From contig OZ255842.1 in NCBI GenBank assembly GCA_965277805.1, positions 4,480,001 through 4,544,000 on the forward strand: a DNA stretch of 64,000 nt, read 5' to 3'. This document shows positions 29,082-38,303 of the stretch, one piece after another. Position 1 is the first letter of the stretch, and each line of letters begins with the position of its first letter. The DNA is from Candidatus Lustribacter sp. Its GTDB lineage: Bacteria; Vulcanimicrobiota; Vulcanimicrobiia; Vulcanimicrobiales; Vulcanimicrobiaceae. The position numbers and the translations under genes are program-made. Under the pieces are notes generated by a model. It saw nothing but the letters and a program-made list of their open reading frames with translations, was not told the DNA's origin and did not search any database.

Positions 29082-30271
29082 GCCGGAACGAGAACTCCGG
29101 CACGCACCAGATCCGCGAGCACATGCACGCACGCTTCAATGTCACTGCCCGGCAACGTTTCGGCAGCGACGACCGATCCGGTTATTGCGCTGCGAACCAC
29201 ATGAAGAGCGGTATTCGGGAAACGGATGTCTTTGTCGGGCAGGTGCAGGATGCACTGCTCATCGCCAAAGTCGAGCCTTACATGTAAGCCTGGTCGCAAA
29301 CGAAGACGCGTAGCGGGTACCAATGACGTCGCCACGACGAATTGAGCGAGCGGGGAAAGCGGCTCCGGCCGCGTTGCGGCGTCGAGTGCCCGGCCAATGC
29401 CGGCCGTCACCTTTGCAACGTCGATGCGCGCTAGAGCGGCGCGCAAGGCCTCGACCGTGGCTGCAAATTCGTAATCGAGCGCTGGTGCTTCCCTGAAATT
29501 CACGCCCGCGGGCAGCGATCCACGCAGCGAGACGTCCTCTGAAAGCGTTGCGAAAATCTGTTCCACGAGCGCCATGCGCGTTATGGGATGGATACCGATC
29601 GTCAGATGGCCGGAAATCTCATCCAGCGAAGTCGCCGCATGAATATAACCACGCGGTAAATACAGGACGTCGCCTGCCTCCAGAATGATGTCGAGAAGCG
29701 GCAACTCGCGCGCACGAGCAACAACCGCGGACTGCCGCTTCTGCCAAGATTGCTCGCGCAAGGGTGAAGTCAGGACCGGTTGATGGACCCGCCAATGCTT
29801 TCTTCCCGCGAATTGTAGCAGAAACACGTCGTGGACATCGTAGTGCGGCGTGAGGCCCTGGCTCATCGGCGGTGTGACATAGGCATTCACCTGCGCCGGG
29901 TGTCCCAATTGCTCAGTCAGGGCGACGGCGAAGATCTCAATAGGCTCCCACGTGCGATGCAGGCCCTGCAGCACGATCGTCGCGCCGGCGCTGAATTCCG
30001 CGAGCACCTTATCATCAGCTATTTGATCGGAAATCTCGGCGCCGGCACCACCGCTGCGCGTGTAGCGAGCAGACGGGATGACATTGCCATCGCGCGTCAT
30101 CCGCAAAAACGGCGTGCGCAAGCCGCGGCGCGAAAGTAATTCGTCTACCGCTTCACTATTGAACAGATCGGCGAAGCTCTCGTTCTGCGCCGAGGAACGG
30201 TGAAGTCGCGGCGCAGAACCCCAGTGTTCCGCGTTGAATCTGGCGAGAGGTAATCCGGTGAGGCGTTGCAC
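29078..30271 (-). CDS. JmjC/cupin_4 2OG-Fe(II) oxygenase (YcfD/ROXA/NO66-like protein hydroxylase); start codon uncertain
   Basis: QVNAYVTP, HYDVHDVF (HxD), GRKHWRV, GDVLYLPRGYIHAA (distal His), HLTIG. Confidence 0.88.
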   Translation of the reverse strand: MQRLTGLPLARFNAEHWGSAPRLHRSSAQNESFADLFNSEAVDELLSRRGLRTPFLRMTRDGNVIPSARYTRSGGAGAEISDQIADDKVLAEFSAGATIVLQGLHRTWEPIEIFAVALTEQLGHPAQVNAYVTPPMSQGLTPHYDVHDVFLLQFAGRKHWRVHQPVLTSPLREQSWQKRQSAVVARARELPLLDIILEAGDVLYLPRGYIHAATSLDEISGHLTIGIHPITRMALVEQIFATLSEDVSLRGSLPAGVNFREAPALDYEFAATVEALRAALARIDVAKVTAGIGRALDAATRPEPLSPLAQFVVATSLVPATRLRLRPGLHVRLDFGDEQCILHLPDKDIRFPNTALHVVRSAITGSVVAAETLPGSDIEACVHVLADLVRAGVLVPA

Positions 30272-30280
30272 CGGATTACC
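30249..30280 (-). promoter_or_regulatory. Perfect 12-bp stem-loop overlapping the probable JmjC start codon
   Basis: GGTAATCCGGTG-N8-CACCGGATTACC. Confidence 0.5.
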
Positions 30281-30311
30281 ACCGCCCGTTAATGGTCTGG
30301 CGCTCGCGAGG

Positions 30312-30554
30312 CTAGGCGCCTTTGTCAGCCCCGCCATCAGCCCCGCCGTCCGGGTCGGCGCCTGCATCCGCTCCGCCGTCGGCTCCGCCGTCCGGATCGG
30401 CACCGGCGTCTGCGCCGCCGTCGGCGCCACCGTCAGGATCGGCTCCGGTGTTCGCGCCGCCGTCTGCGCCGCCGTCGTGGACACCGGGTGTTCCGGACGC
30501 ACCGCCGTCTTCCGGACCCTCGGTGCCGGCATCTAAATCGTCATCATCAGCCAT
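30312..30554 (-). CDS. 80-aa Asp/Gly/Ala repeat peptide, candidate precursor or substrate of the adjacent JmjC enzyme
   Basis: GAGGT SD then ATG 30554; MADDDDLDAGTEGPEDGGASGTPG-VHDGGADGGANTGA-(DPDGGADGGADAGA)2-DPDGGADGGADKGA. Confidence 0.75.
   Translation of the reverse strand: MADDDDLDAGTEGPEDGGASGTPGVHDGGADGGANTGADPDGGADGGADAGADPDGGADGGADAGADPDGGADGGADKGA
30315..30482 (-). repeat. Four tandem 42-bp coding repeats (14-aa unit)
   Basis: Units differ mainly at synonymous positions in the peptide frame. Confidence 0.85.
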
Positions 30555-30666
30555 GGACTTTACCTCAAGATTGGGAAAGGAATCGATATCGAAGCAGCAG
30601 GCACTCCGTTCGCCATAGCTCGATGCCCGTGAACTCATGCTGTGAAACTCGTGAGGAGTCGAATTC

Positions 30667-31194
30667 TTGGACATCACACAACTCATTCTGGACGACCATC
30701 ACGAACAACGGCGTCTCTTTGCGATTCTCGAGCAAATCGACGCGGCGGACGTCGGTGCGCTCGAAGCGATCTGGCGACGGCTAGCAACGTTTCTCGAGGT
30801 CCATGCGCTGGCTGAGGAAGACATCTTCTATCCGGCACTCCTCCGTCTCGGCGCCGGTACGGTAAAGGTAGCGAGCGCGGAAGACGAGACCGAAGATGCG
30901 ATTAAGGATCACAACGAGATTCGTGATGCCGTTGCGTCTGCCAATCGCCTGAAGGTTGGGACCGAACAATGGTACGTTGCCGTTGCTGCGGCAAACGAAG
31001 CGAACGGTGATCATATGGCGGAAGAGGAGCGCGAAGGTTTGACAGACCTGCGTGCTCACGCAGATCTTGCGACGCGGCACGATCTAGGCGTGCGCTTTGC
31101 CGTCTTTGAAGCCGAGCACGTTACCGGGGTGCGTGCCGTCGACAGAGATCCCAAGGCCTACATCGCGGATCATTCAGCGCCCAGCACGTCGTGA
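30667..31194 (+). CDS. Hemerythrin/HHE cation-binding domain protein
   Basis: GAGGAG SD; DDHHEQR, EVHALAEEDIFYPAL, KDHNEIR, DHMAEEE. Confidence 0.88.
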   Translation: MDITQLILDDHHEQRRLFAILEQIDAADVGALEAIWRRLATFLEVHALAEEDIFYPALLRLGAGTVKVASAEDETEDAIKDHNEIRDAVASANRLKVGTEQWYVAVAAANEANGDHMAEEEREGLTDLRAHADLATRHDLGVRFAVFEAEHVTGVRAVDRDPKAYIADHSAPSTS

Positions 31195-31230
31195 TCAACG
31201 GCAATTGGGCTGGTTAGGGAGCGAGCTCGT

Positions 31231-32166
31231 TCAACACGAGTGACTAAGCGGGTGGTGCCGCATCTCGCGCATGTGCTCGACGACGGTACGCGCCGGAAAT
31301 CGTGGTTCACCACCCTCGGGAAGACACGTCGGCACGCATTCCACGATTTCGTCGTAGCCCGGATCGAAGAACGTCGGCATCGAGTAGCGATCGCGGCCGC
31401 TCGTGTTACGAGTGACCCGGTGCATCGGCGAGCGGTAGGCACCGCCGGTATAGCGGACCATCAACTCACCGAGAATGATAACGAACGTGTCCGCGATTGG
31501 TGGTATTGAGTGCCACACGCGGTCTGCGTCGCGGATCTCGAGGCCGCCGACGTCGTCCTGGGCGAGGATCGTGAGCATACCCCAGTCAAAATGCGCGCCG
31601 GCGCCGCGCGCTGATGCGGAGGCGCCGGCAAGTGACGGATAGCGGAAGAGCTGCGTATACACCAGCGGCTCGCGCAGCGCAGCGTCGAAGAACGTTGCCG
31701 GCAGATCGAGCGATTGCGCAAGAACGTGCGCAAGGCGGCACCCGACGCGCGTCATCGCCTCAACCCAGGCTTCCATCTGTGCGCGAAAATGCAGGGGCAT
31801 TGACGGCCAGCGATTCGTGCCGGTGTTGGGATAGTCGGCAACCACATGAAGGTGATCCGGCGGAAGATCCGGCCCCATGATGAAGCCTTCTTTGAGATCG
31901 CCCGGTGCATCGGCGTCGATCGTCTGGGTGCCGAGTGGTTCGTAGCCGCGAAACGCGGCTCCGGGCCTGACCGCGATCGCATGTTTTACCGCGTCGTCCA
32001 AGGCAAAAAATTCGCGCGCCAGATCGAAGTGGGCGTCGACGAGCGCGCCGGGCACCCCGTGACCGGCGAGATAGAAAGCGCCGATGGATCTTCCCGCTTC
32101 TCGCACCTTCGCCGCTGCGCCGGGCGCGCGGAGATCCACCGTCGCGAGTGGAGCAGTCTCAATCAT
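31231..32166 (-). CDS. Isopenicillin N synthase-family 2OG-Fe(II) oxygenase
   Basis: GAFYLAGHGV, GDLKE, GAHFDWGMLTIL (HxD), HRV, RYSMPTF (RxS). Confidence 0.9.
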   Translation of the reverse strand: MIETAPLATVDLRAPGAAAKVREAGRSIGAFYLAGHGVPGALVDAHFDLAREFFALDDAVKHAIAVRPGAAFRGYEPLGTQTIDADAPGDLKEGFIMGPDLPPDHLHVVADYPNTGTNRWPSMPLHFRAQMEAWVEAMTRVGCRLAHVLAQSLDLPATFFDAALREPLVYTQLFRYPSLAGASASARGAGAHFDWGMLTILAQDDVGGLEIRDADRVWHSIPPIADTFVIILGELMVRYTGGAYRSPMHRVTRNTSGRDRYSMPTFFDPGYDEIVECVPTCLPEGGEPRFPARTVVEHMREMRHHPLSHSC

Positions 32167-33584
32167 GCCAGTGCCGCGCGCGCGTCGGCAACGCTTCGAA
32201 ATTCAGCCACTTCCGCCATTAAAGCAATGATGCCGCGCAGGGACGGCCCCGACCGGGCGCCCAGGGCAATTTTGAACACGCCGTTGCGCGCTTCGTTCTC
32301 CAATTCGATCGCCTCGCAGCGGTGACCGCGAAAGCCGAAGCTGCCGCCGCGGTCGAGGACTAGACCTCGCTTGCGGGCGGCGCCGATCACGACGTCTTCG
32401 AGCTCGGCGTAGCGGGCCATAGAGTCGTCACGAAGGTGGAAGAAAACGAACGGCCCTTGTGCCCAAGGCAAGCGCCGCGGATCGAGCGAGGGATGGGCAA
32501 CAGTTTCGAAGAGCCCGTCCGTCGCGACGGCAGCCACTGCTTCCGCCAACGCCGCGTTGTGCCTGTAGAGTGCCGACGTATACTCATCCAATGCCGCCGG
32601 ATCGAGAAAAAACGGGACATCGAGCAAAGCGAGGGCGTCGAACGTCAACGCAGTGCCATTGAGCCGGCGCAGCATTCGGAACCGCTCCTCCACGCCGTCG
32701 AGGCTTTCGGCGTGCGTCGCCGGCGCGTAGATCGAGACGATGCCCACATTTGCCAGTTCGAGCCCGGCTTGATCGAGTTTGAGTCCGGAGTTGGCCTGTA
32801 TCACGAGCGGCAACTGCGGTGTCTCAGCAAGAATTCGCCTCATCGGAAGCGTTGGGCCCACGAGGGTACTGTCGATGACGACGATGGGCGGCTCTGAACA
32901 CTGCGCAGCTGCGTGCATCGCTTCCCGAACGTCAAACGGCCGCAGCCATGGGTCATAGATGATCGGCTCGATGAACACGACGTCGGGCGCGCCGCTCGCA
33001 AGGGCCGCGTGAAAGTCGGCGTCCGAATTCGTGATGAGCGCGCTGAAGCCGCCCAGTGAGAGCAATTCCCTCGTTTCGAAATACGCCACGGCGGCCAACA
33101 GAGCGGATGACTCACCGTACGGCATTCGCGATCTCAAGAACTGCGCGATGCTCGAGAGCGCGGCCATTCCGCTGGAAAAGAGCAGATGACGTACCGACCA
33201 TCCGCTGGGCGCGGTGCGGTACGCTTGCAGTCGCGCATCGAGGGGGCTCGATTCGAGGGACCGCTCGTAGCCGTAATCGATGATGACCTGAGACGGCAAC
33301 AGCTTGCCGTCGCCGGCGAACGGCGAGCGGTAGGTGGCGTCGGCGTACTCGTGCGCCGTGCCCATCCACGCACGGCGCAACTTGGCCGTGAGCCGATCGA
33401 GTTTTCGTTCGCCATCCGCCGTCTCGAGTGACGCTTGGGCCGCCAATTCGATCACGTTTTGATACCATGCGCCGGCGATCGCTCGGCGTCGCTCCGCCAC
33501 TGCGGGCATCGCATCGGCCACCGCAACGAGCCGATCGCATTCGGCGGCTAACTCATGGGTCTCACTGTGCATTACGCCGATCAC
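32163..33584 (-). CDS. PLP-dependent enzyme of Cys/Met-metabolism (cystathionine gamma-synthase/lyase-like) fold with N-terminal extension
   Basis: LFSSGMAALS, AYFET, VFIEP, VIDSTL, SGLK (candidate PLP Lys), GSFGF; overlaps the oxygenase start (ATGA). Confidence 0.68.
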   Translation of the reverse strand: MIGVMHSETHELAAECDRLVAVADAMPAVAERRRAIAGAWYQNVIELAAQASLETADGERKLDRLTAKLRRAWMGTAHEYADATYRSPFAGDGKLLPSQVIIDYGYERSLESSPLDARLQAYRTAPSGWSVRHLLFSSGMAALSSIAQFLRSRMPYGESSALLAAVAYFETRELLSLGGFSALITNSDADFHAALASGAPDVVFIEPIIYDPWLRPFDVREAMHAAAQCSEPPIVVIDSTLVGPTLPMRRILAETPQLPLVIQANSGLKLDQAGLELANVGIVSIYAPATHAESLDGVEERFRMLRRLNGTALTFDALALLDVPFFLDPAALDEYTSALYRHNAALAEAVAAVATDGLFETVAHPSLDPRRLPWAQGPFVFFHLRDDSMARYAELEDVVIGAARKRGLVLDRGGSFGFRGHRCEAIELENEARNGVFKIALGARSGPSLRGIIALMAEVAEFRSVADARAALA

Positions 33585-33632
33585 CTACCCAAAGCGATGT
33601 CTCGACCGCAACGTCTCGGGTATGGTAGCGAG

Positions 33633-34784
33633 ATGATCGAAGGTGCGGACCGACGTCTCGTGCGCGGTTTGCTGGTAACGTTGCTGACGCTCGGAATCGG
33701 CTTCCTCATATGGATGCTCGCTGCCGTGTTCGACCGCGTGCACAACACCCTGGTCGTCATCGTCTTCGCCGTGCTCTTCGCCTACTTTGTTTATCCGGGC
33801 GTGATCTGGCTTGGCCGGCGCGGCGTCCCGGTCGCGATTGGCGCGCTCATCATCTACGCAGTCCTCGGACTGATCTTAGCCGGCGCGATCGCCTGGCTTG
33901 CACCCGCGGTCGCTTATCAGGCCACCGACCTAGCGCAAAACTTCCCGCATGTGGTCGCCAACGTCCAGCACCAAATCAGCGACCCGGTACACTCGCCACT
34001 GCTGAGCCGTTTGCCGGCCGGCGCGCGGTCTCAGATCGCTTCGAACACCGGCAAGATCGGTGCGCTCGCAGGCGTTGCGGCCGCGGGCGCGGGAACGCAC
34101 GTGCTCGACTTTCTGAGCGGCACCACGACCGCCCTGATCGACGTTCTGCTCGTACTCGGCCTTACGTTGCTGATCCTCGGTGACCTCGCGAACATCCAGG
34201 CCTTCGGCGTGCGCATCGTTCCGCCGGCATATCGGGTGACCGCCATCGCATTCATGCGCGACGTCGATCAAGTGATCGGCGGCTTCGTGCGCGGACAGGT
34301 GCTGTTAGCTCTGGCGGTCGGCGTTTCCGGGACGATCGTGCTGATGATTGTGGGCGTTCCGTACGCGATTCTGCTGGGGCTTTTTGCGGGCATCGTGAGC
34401 ATCATCCCCATGGTCGGGCCGGTCATCGTCGGCATTCCCGTGCTTGTCATTGCGTTCTTCACCGTGGGCCTTGCGAAACTGTTGATCGTCGCGGCACTCT
34501 ACGCCGTGATTCTCGTCGTCCAGCAAAACGTGCTCTCTCCGATGATCGTCTCGAAGTCGGTCGGCGTCACGCCGCTCGTCATTTTCGTCGCGTTGCTCTT
34601 GGGAAGCGAAGCGTTCGGCGTTCTCGGCGCGCTCCTCTCAATACCGGTCGCGGGAATTTTGCGTGTTGCGGCCGAGCGTGTGTTCCCGCGCGATCCAAAA
34701 GCGGATGCTCTCTTGGCGCAGGAGCGAAACATGAGCGGCGAGCCGGAGCGAGAAACGCGCGAGGCTACGACACCAGCGCGGTAA
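33633..34784 (+). CDS. AI-2E family transporter
   Basis: Multi-TM; FAYFVYP, GGFVRGQ, IIPMVGP, QQNVLSPMIVSKSVGVTP, GVLGALLSIPVA. Confidence 0.9.
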   Translation: MIEGADRRLVRGLLVTLLTLGIGFLIWMLAAVFDRVHNTLVVIVFAVLFAYFVYPGVIWLGRRGVPVAIGALIIYAVLGLILAGAIAWLAPAVAYQATDLAQNFPHVVANVQHQISDPVHSPLLSRLPAGARSQIASNTGKIGALAGVAAAGAGTHVLDFLSGTTTALIDVLLVLGLTLLILGDLANIQAFGVRIVPPAYRVTAIAFMRDVDQVIGGFVRGQVLLALAVGVSGTIVLMIVGVPYAILLGLFAGIVSIIPMVGPVIVGIPVLVIAFFTVGLAKLLIVAALYAVILVVQQNVLSPMIVSKSVGVTPLVIFVALLLGSEAFGVLGALLSIPVAGILRVAAERVFPRDPKADALLAQERNMSGEPERETREATTPAR

Positions 34785-34817
34785 ACGTGCGGCGGCCGCA
34801 ATCGGTGTGCGATTGTT

Positions 34818-35510
34818 CTATCGGGAGGACATGTATTGCATCGATGCGATCGCTCCGGCAAAGGCCGCTGGGCGCAGGATGCCGACGCCGTGTGGAGCGT
34901 TTTGCTCGACGATCACCTGGCCCGCCACTGCTGCGCGCGCAAAGCGCGCTGCATTCCAGACGATCGGGACATCCCAGCCGCCAACGATGAAAGTGATCGG
35001 GGCGCGAATCGCGCGCACGTCGGCCAGGACGTCATGCCCGAGCAGCGCCCGCATCGTAACGTTACGCATCGCCGGCGCGAGCCCGCGCGTTTCGATCGCG
35101 CGCGCGACGTCCGGTTCGCATATGCGGTAGATTAGCGTCCGCATGGCACCCGGTGGGACCAACATGCCGGGGACGAGAGAGATGTGGGCAACGGCCTCGG
35201 CTAGTCCGCGCATCGCGAACGTACAACTTCCGGCAACCACTCCGGCGATCGCATCTCCGAGTTGCGCTCCGGCAGCCAAGACCACATACCCGCCGAGCGA
35301 ATCGCCGACGAGGACGGTCCGCGGACCCGCGCTGCGTGCGGCCGCAATGATGCCGCCGACGGCGGACGCGAAATCAAACGGCTCGTCGCGACGTTCCCCG
35401 TGCCCGGGCAGGTCATCGGCGATCAACGCTACGGAGGCCGGTAAGATCCGCTTGAGCGGGATCCACGTCGCGCCGTTGACGGCCGCGCCGTGGACCGCGA
35501 TTACTCGCAA
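34818..35510 (-). CDS. Alpha/beta fold hydrolase
   Basis: VHGA, DLPGHG, GDSLGG nucleophile elbow, GGWD, APHG. Confidence 0.85.
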   Translation of the reverse strand: MRVIAVHGAAVNGATWIPLKRILPASVALIADDLPGHGERRDEPFDFASAVGGIIAAARSAGPRTVLVGDSLGGYVVLAAGAQLGDAIAGVVAGSCTFAMRGLAEAVAHISLVPGMLVPPGAMRTLIYRICEPDVARAIETRGLAPAMRNVTMRALLGHDVLADVRAIRAPITFIVGGWDVPIVWNAARFARAAVAGQVIVEQNAPHGVGILRPAAFAGAIASMQYMSSR

Positions 35511-35511
35511 C

Positions 35512-36126
35512 TTATGAGCTGTGCGGTAGGAGCATCACGTCAGCCGCTTCGTCGGCGTCTTTGAGGAGCGTCTCTCGCGGCATGCCCATCTGGGCACGCA
35601 TCGTCAGACCGCGCGCAAGGTCAACGACCTGGATCGCGCGTGCGCCGACCGGAAAGTCAGATGGGATTTCGCCCGCGTTGATCCCGTCCTGGAAACGACG
35701 TTCGACGAGGGCCACGGCGCCGGCGGCAGCGTCCTGTATGAACTGCCGGACTTCAGCGTCGTCGACCAGCGGCGCGACGCACATGAGCAGACACCCCGAG
35801 GCGCTGCCTTCCTCGGTCGCCGTTGTGACGGCGTACCTCAGGAAGCTTGCGATGGAGTCGCGCAGTCCCTGCGGCGCGAGGAGTGCCTCCGCGGTCCCAG
35901 CGCCCTTCACTTCGGCGTAGGCACGGAGGGCTCGCAAAAAGATCGTCCGCTTGTCCCCAAAGATGGCGTAGAGGCTCGGGCGCCCGACCCCCATGCCGGC
36001 GACGAGATCGTCGATGGTGACTCCGTCATAGCCCTTGAGCCAGAACACCTGGATCGCCTTTAGGAGCGCGGCGCTCTCATCGAAGCTGCGCGGTCGCCCA
36101 CGCGGCCTCGCTGATTTTTGAATCAT
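35512..36126 (-). CDS. TetR/AcrR-family regulator
   Basis: RGRPRSFD, VFWLKGYDGVTIDDL..GMGVGRPSLYAIFGDK. Confidence 0.92.
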   Translation of the reverse strand: MIQKSARPRGRPRSFDESAALLKAIQVFWLKGYDGVTIDDLVAGMGVGRPSLYAIFGDKRTIFLRALRAYAEVKGAGTAEALLAPQGLRDSIASFLRYAVTTATEEGSASGCLLMCVAPLVDDAEVRQFIQDAAAGAVALVERRFQDGINAGEIPSDFPVGARAIQVVDLARGLTMRAQMGMPRETLLKDADEAADVMLLPHSS

Positions 36127-36214
36127 TTCGTTCGAAATTCCTTGCCCATGCCCGTCTAATCCATTATTGTACGAAAGGGTTCGAAATTAGCAAGGGTTCA
36201 TCACGGAGCAAGCA

Positions 36215-37189
36215 ATGACACATTCGATCGCTCTCGTCACCGGCACCACCTCCGGGCTTGGCCATGCGGCAGCCCGCCTGCTTGCTGCCAAGGACTACCG
36301 CGAAATCTTCATCACCGGGCGCAGTCTGGCCGGGATGAAGCAAACGGCCGCTGAGCTTACGGCTGAGACCAAGAAACAGGTCTTCACGCCGCTTCAGCTG
36401 GATCTGGACGCGCCGTTCAGCGCTCAGTCCGTCGTCACCGAACTCGTCAAGCGAGGTCAGCCAATCGATTTTCTACTGCTCAACGCCGGGATGATCGGTG
36501 GCAAGGCGCGCGTGATCACGGCAACGGGCGTCGAGGCCGCGCAGGCCCCGCTGATCGGCCACCATGAACTGACGGTCGGGTTGCTACGCGCCAACCTGCT
36601 GAGCCGCAACGCCCGGATCGTCATCGCCGGCGCGGAACCTGCCCGAGGCGACGTCCCCATGTTCAGCTACACCGATGTGGCAGCCCTCGCATCCACGCAT
36701 TTCCACGGTGACCGGACCGCGGCAGTGGAAGCTCTGATTCGCAGCGGACCCAACGTGAAGTACGAACCCAATCGGGCGTATACCGACGCGAAACTGATTG
36801 TTGCTTGGTGGGCCGCAGCGCTTGCCCGCCGGCTGCCTCCCGGCATGGCCGTGTACGCTGTGTCGCCCGGAGCGGCGACCGCGACCAAGGTGGTTCGAAA
36901 CGTTGTCCCGGCGTTGAAGTATCTGATGATCCCGATCGTGAGCCTCATTCCGGGCATGAATCAGACGCCGGAAATGGCGGCCGGCCGCTACCTCCAGGCA
37001 TCGGAGTTCGGAACCGACGTCTCAGGGCAATTCTTCGCCTCGCCGCCCAAAAAGGTCACCGGTCCGCTCACGCCGATGCGCCAGCCACACCTTCACGATC
37101 GCGCCAACCAGGACGCCGCGTGGCAAGCCGTCGTCCACGTCTCCGGCGTCGACTTTTCCTACGCTGCAGCCCCGAGCGCAGCGTCCTGA
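36215..37189 (+). CDS. Short-chain dehydrogenase/reductase (retinol dehydrogenase-like)
   Basis: VTGTTSGLG, LLLNAG, YTDAK, AVSPG. Confidence 0.88.
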   Translation: MTHSIALVTGTTSGLGHAAARLLAAKDYREIFITGRSLAGMKQTAAELTAETKKQVFTPLQLDLDAPFSAQSVVTELVKRGQPIDFLLLNAGMIGGKARVITATGVEAAQAPLIGHHELTVGLLRANLLSRNARIVIAGAEPARGDVPMFSYTDVAALASTHFHGDRTAAVEALIRSGPNVKYEPNRAYTDAKLIVAWWAAALARRLPPGMAVYAVSPGAATATKVVRNVVPALKYLMIPIVSLIPGMNQTPEMAAGRYLQASEFGTDVSGQFFASPPKKVTGPLTPMRQPHLHDRANQDAAWQAVVHVSGVDFSYAAAPSAAS

Positions 37190-37220
37190 CCGGGCGCTAG
37201 GTATCACTATCTTTTGGTGT

Positions 37221-37739
37221 TGCTTTGGACGGTCTGGAAGCGCGCAAAAGGAGAGCATGATGCAACTCGATGCAAGCTGGGTCGGCGCGATCGCGTCGGT
37301 CGCCTCAGCCTTTGTTGTCGCGATCGCCGCCGTTGCGGCAGTCGCGCAAATTCGCTATATCCGTTCCTCAAACGAGATTACGGTGTTTCTCCGAATGATC
37401 GAACGCGTGGATTCTCCCGAGTTCACCGATGCGTTCTCGGCGATCGGACCATTGCGGCAGCGAATGGCAATCGATACCGGCCTGCGGCAACGGCTTTCAA
37501 ACGACGAGCGCGTCGAATTCCGAAGCTCTCGTGCTCGCCGAATATGCGGACAACATCGATGAATTATGGGACCGGTTGGGCAGATGGTGTATCTGCGACG
37601 TCAGGCGCGCGGCCCTTTCGTGGGCGTAGCCTTCGAGCATCTCGCTATGCGCGCACGGCAGTTCGTAAAGGAGGGTCACATGGCGCAACTCTACGGGCGC
37701 CTAAAGAAAGACCCGCAGTACGCCGCATTCAAAAACTAA
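37221..37739 (+). repeat. Direct repeat copy 1 (pairs with 43003-43594)
   Basis: Near-identical from TGCTTTGG(G)ACGGTCTGGAAGCGCGCAAAAGG through the stop codon of the repeated gene. Confidence 0.95.
37257..37739 (+). pseudogene. Frameshifted copy of the 43040-43594 membrane-anchored protein gene
   Basis: Relative to copy 2 it lacks 71 bp (43301-43371) and one G near 37581; premature TGA at 37560-37562. Confidence 0.85.
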
Positions 37740-37741
37740 TG

Positions 37742-37778
37742 AAAAGGAAAAGAGTCGCCGGAGCGATCCGGCGACTCT
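37742..37778 (-). terminator. Rho-independent terminator of the 37795-38127 gene
   Basis: AGAGTCGCCGGA-N4-TCCGGCGACTCT followed on the minus strand by TTTCCTTTT. Confidence 0.8.
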
Positions 37779-37794
37779 CATCGTTCGGTTGAGC

Positions 37795-38127
37795 TTACCG
37801 GCGCCAATCGCTGTGATCGTCGCGCTGGTGTTGCGGCTGCGCCGAATAGCCGCGGCCTTCGCCTGAGCGATTGTTGCCCTGGTAGCCGTTCCGTTGGTAG
37901 CCGTTCCCCTGGTAGCAGTACCCGTTGTAGCCGTACGCTTCTTGGTTCGCTTCGGCGTTCTTATTCGAGACGTTGATGGCGGTGGCGATACCAGCCACCA
38001 GCGCGAGTCCGCCGATGATTTCGTTACGCGTAGCGGCCGCTTGGTCCGCGCTCGCCGGTGCGATCGCTGCGAGGCTGAAGCCGGCTGCCAATGCGATGGC
38101 GGTTAGTGACGTGCTGAGCTTGTTCAT
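37795..38127 (-). CDS. Small secreted protein with YQGNG-like repeats
   Basis: GGAGG SD; signal peptide ending PASA; hydrophobic segment; YNGYCYQGNGYQRNGYQGNN. Confidence 0.75.
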   Translation of the reverse strand: MNKLSTSLTAIALAAGFSLAAIAPASADQAAATRNEIIGGLALVAGIATAINVSNKNAEANQEAYGYNGYCYQGNGYQRNGYQGNNRSGEGRGYSAQPQHQRDDHSDWRR

Positions 38128-38303
38128 GAGTGAACCTCCACCAACACACTACGGCCGGCGTTATAGGGGAGGCTGGCGTTCTGAGGAGCGTTTGATGAGA
38201 ATTTCGGACGGAGCCGATCGGTCAATTCCAATTAGCGGGGATGGGCTCTCCTAGGATAGCGAGTGTCTTGATCCGGGGGAGTGCGAGTGCCATCATGCGC
38301 GGC

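Noticed and set aside
30315-30482. Tandem repeats as a CRISPR array
   Set aside because: No unique spacers, 42-bp in-frame coding units, no cas genes
30272-30532. N-terminal 87 aa of the 484-aa ORF (PxRTAxxTAA repeats) as part of the JmjC protein
   Set aside because: Alternative frame of the 42-bp repeats; the DGGADGG frame has an SD and mostly synonymous variation, and JmjC-like sequence begins near 30271
36125-36187. TetR operator (ATTTCGTTCGAAAT; TTGTACGAAAGGGTTCGAAA)
   Set aside because: Plausible by position but imperfect and routine; not enough support to call
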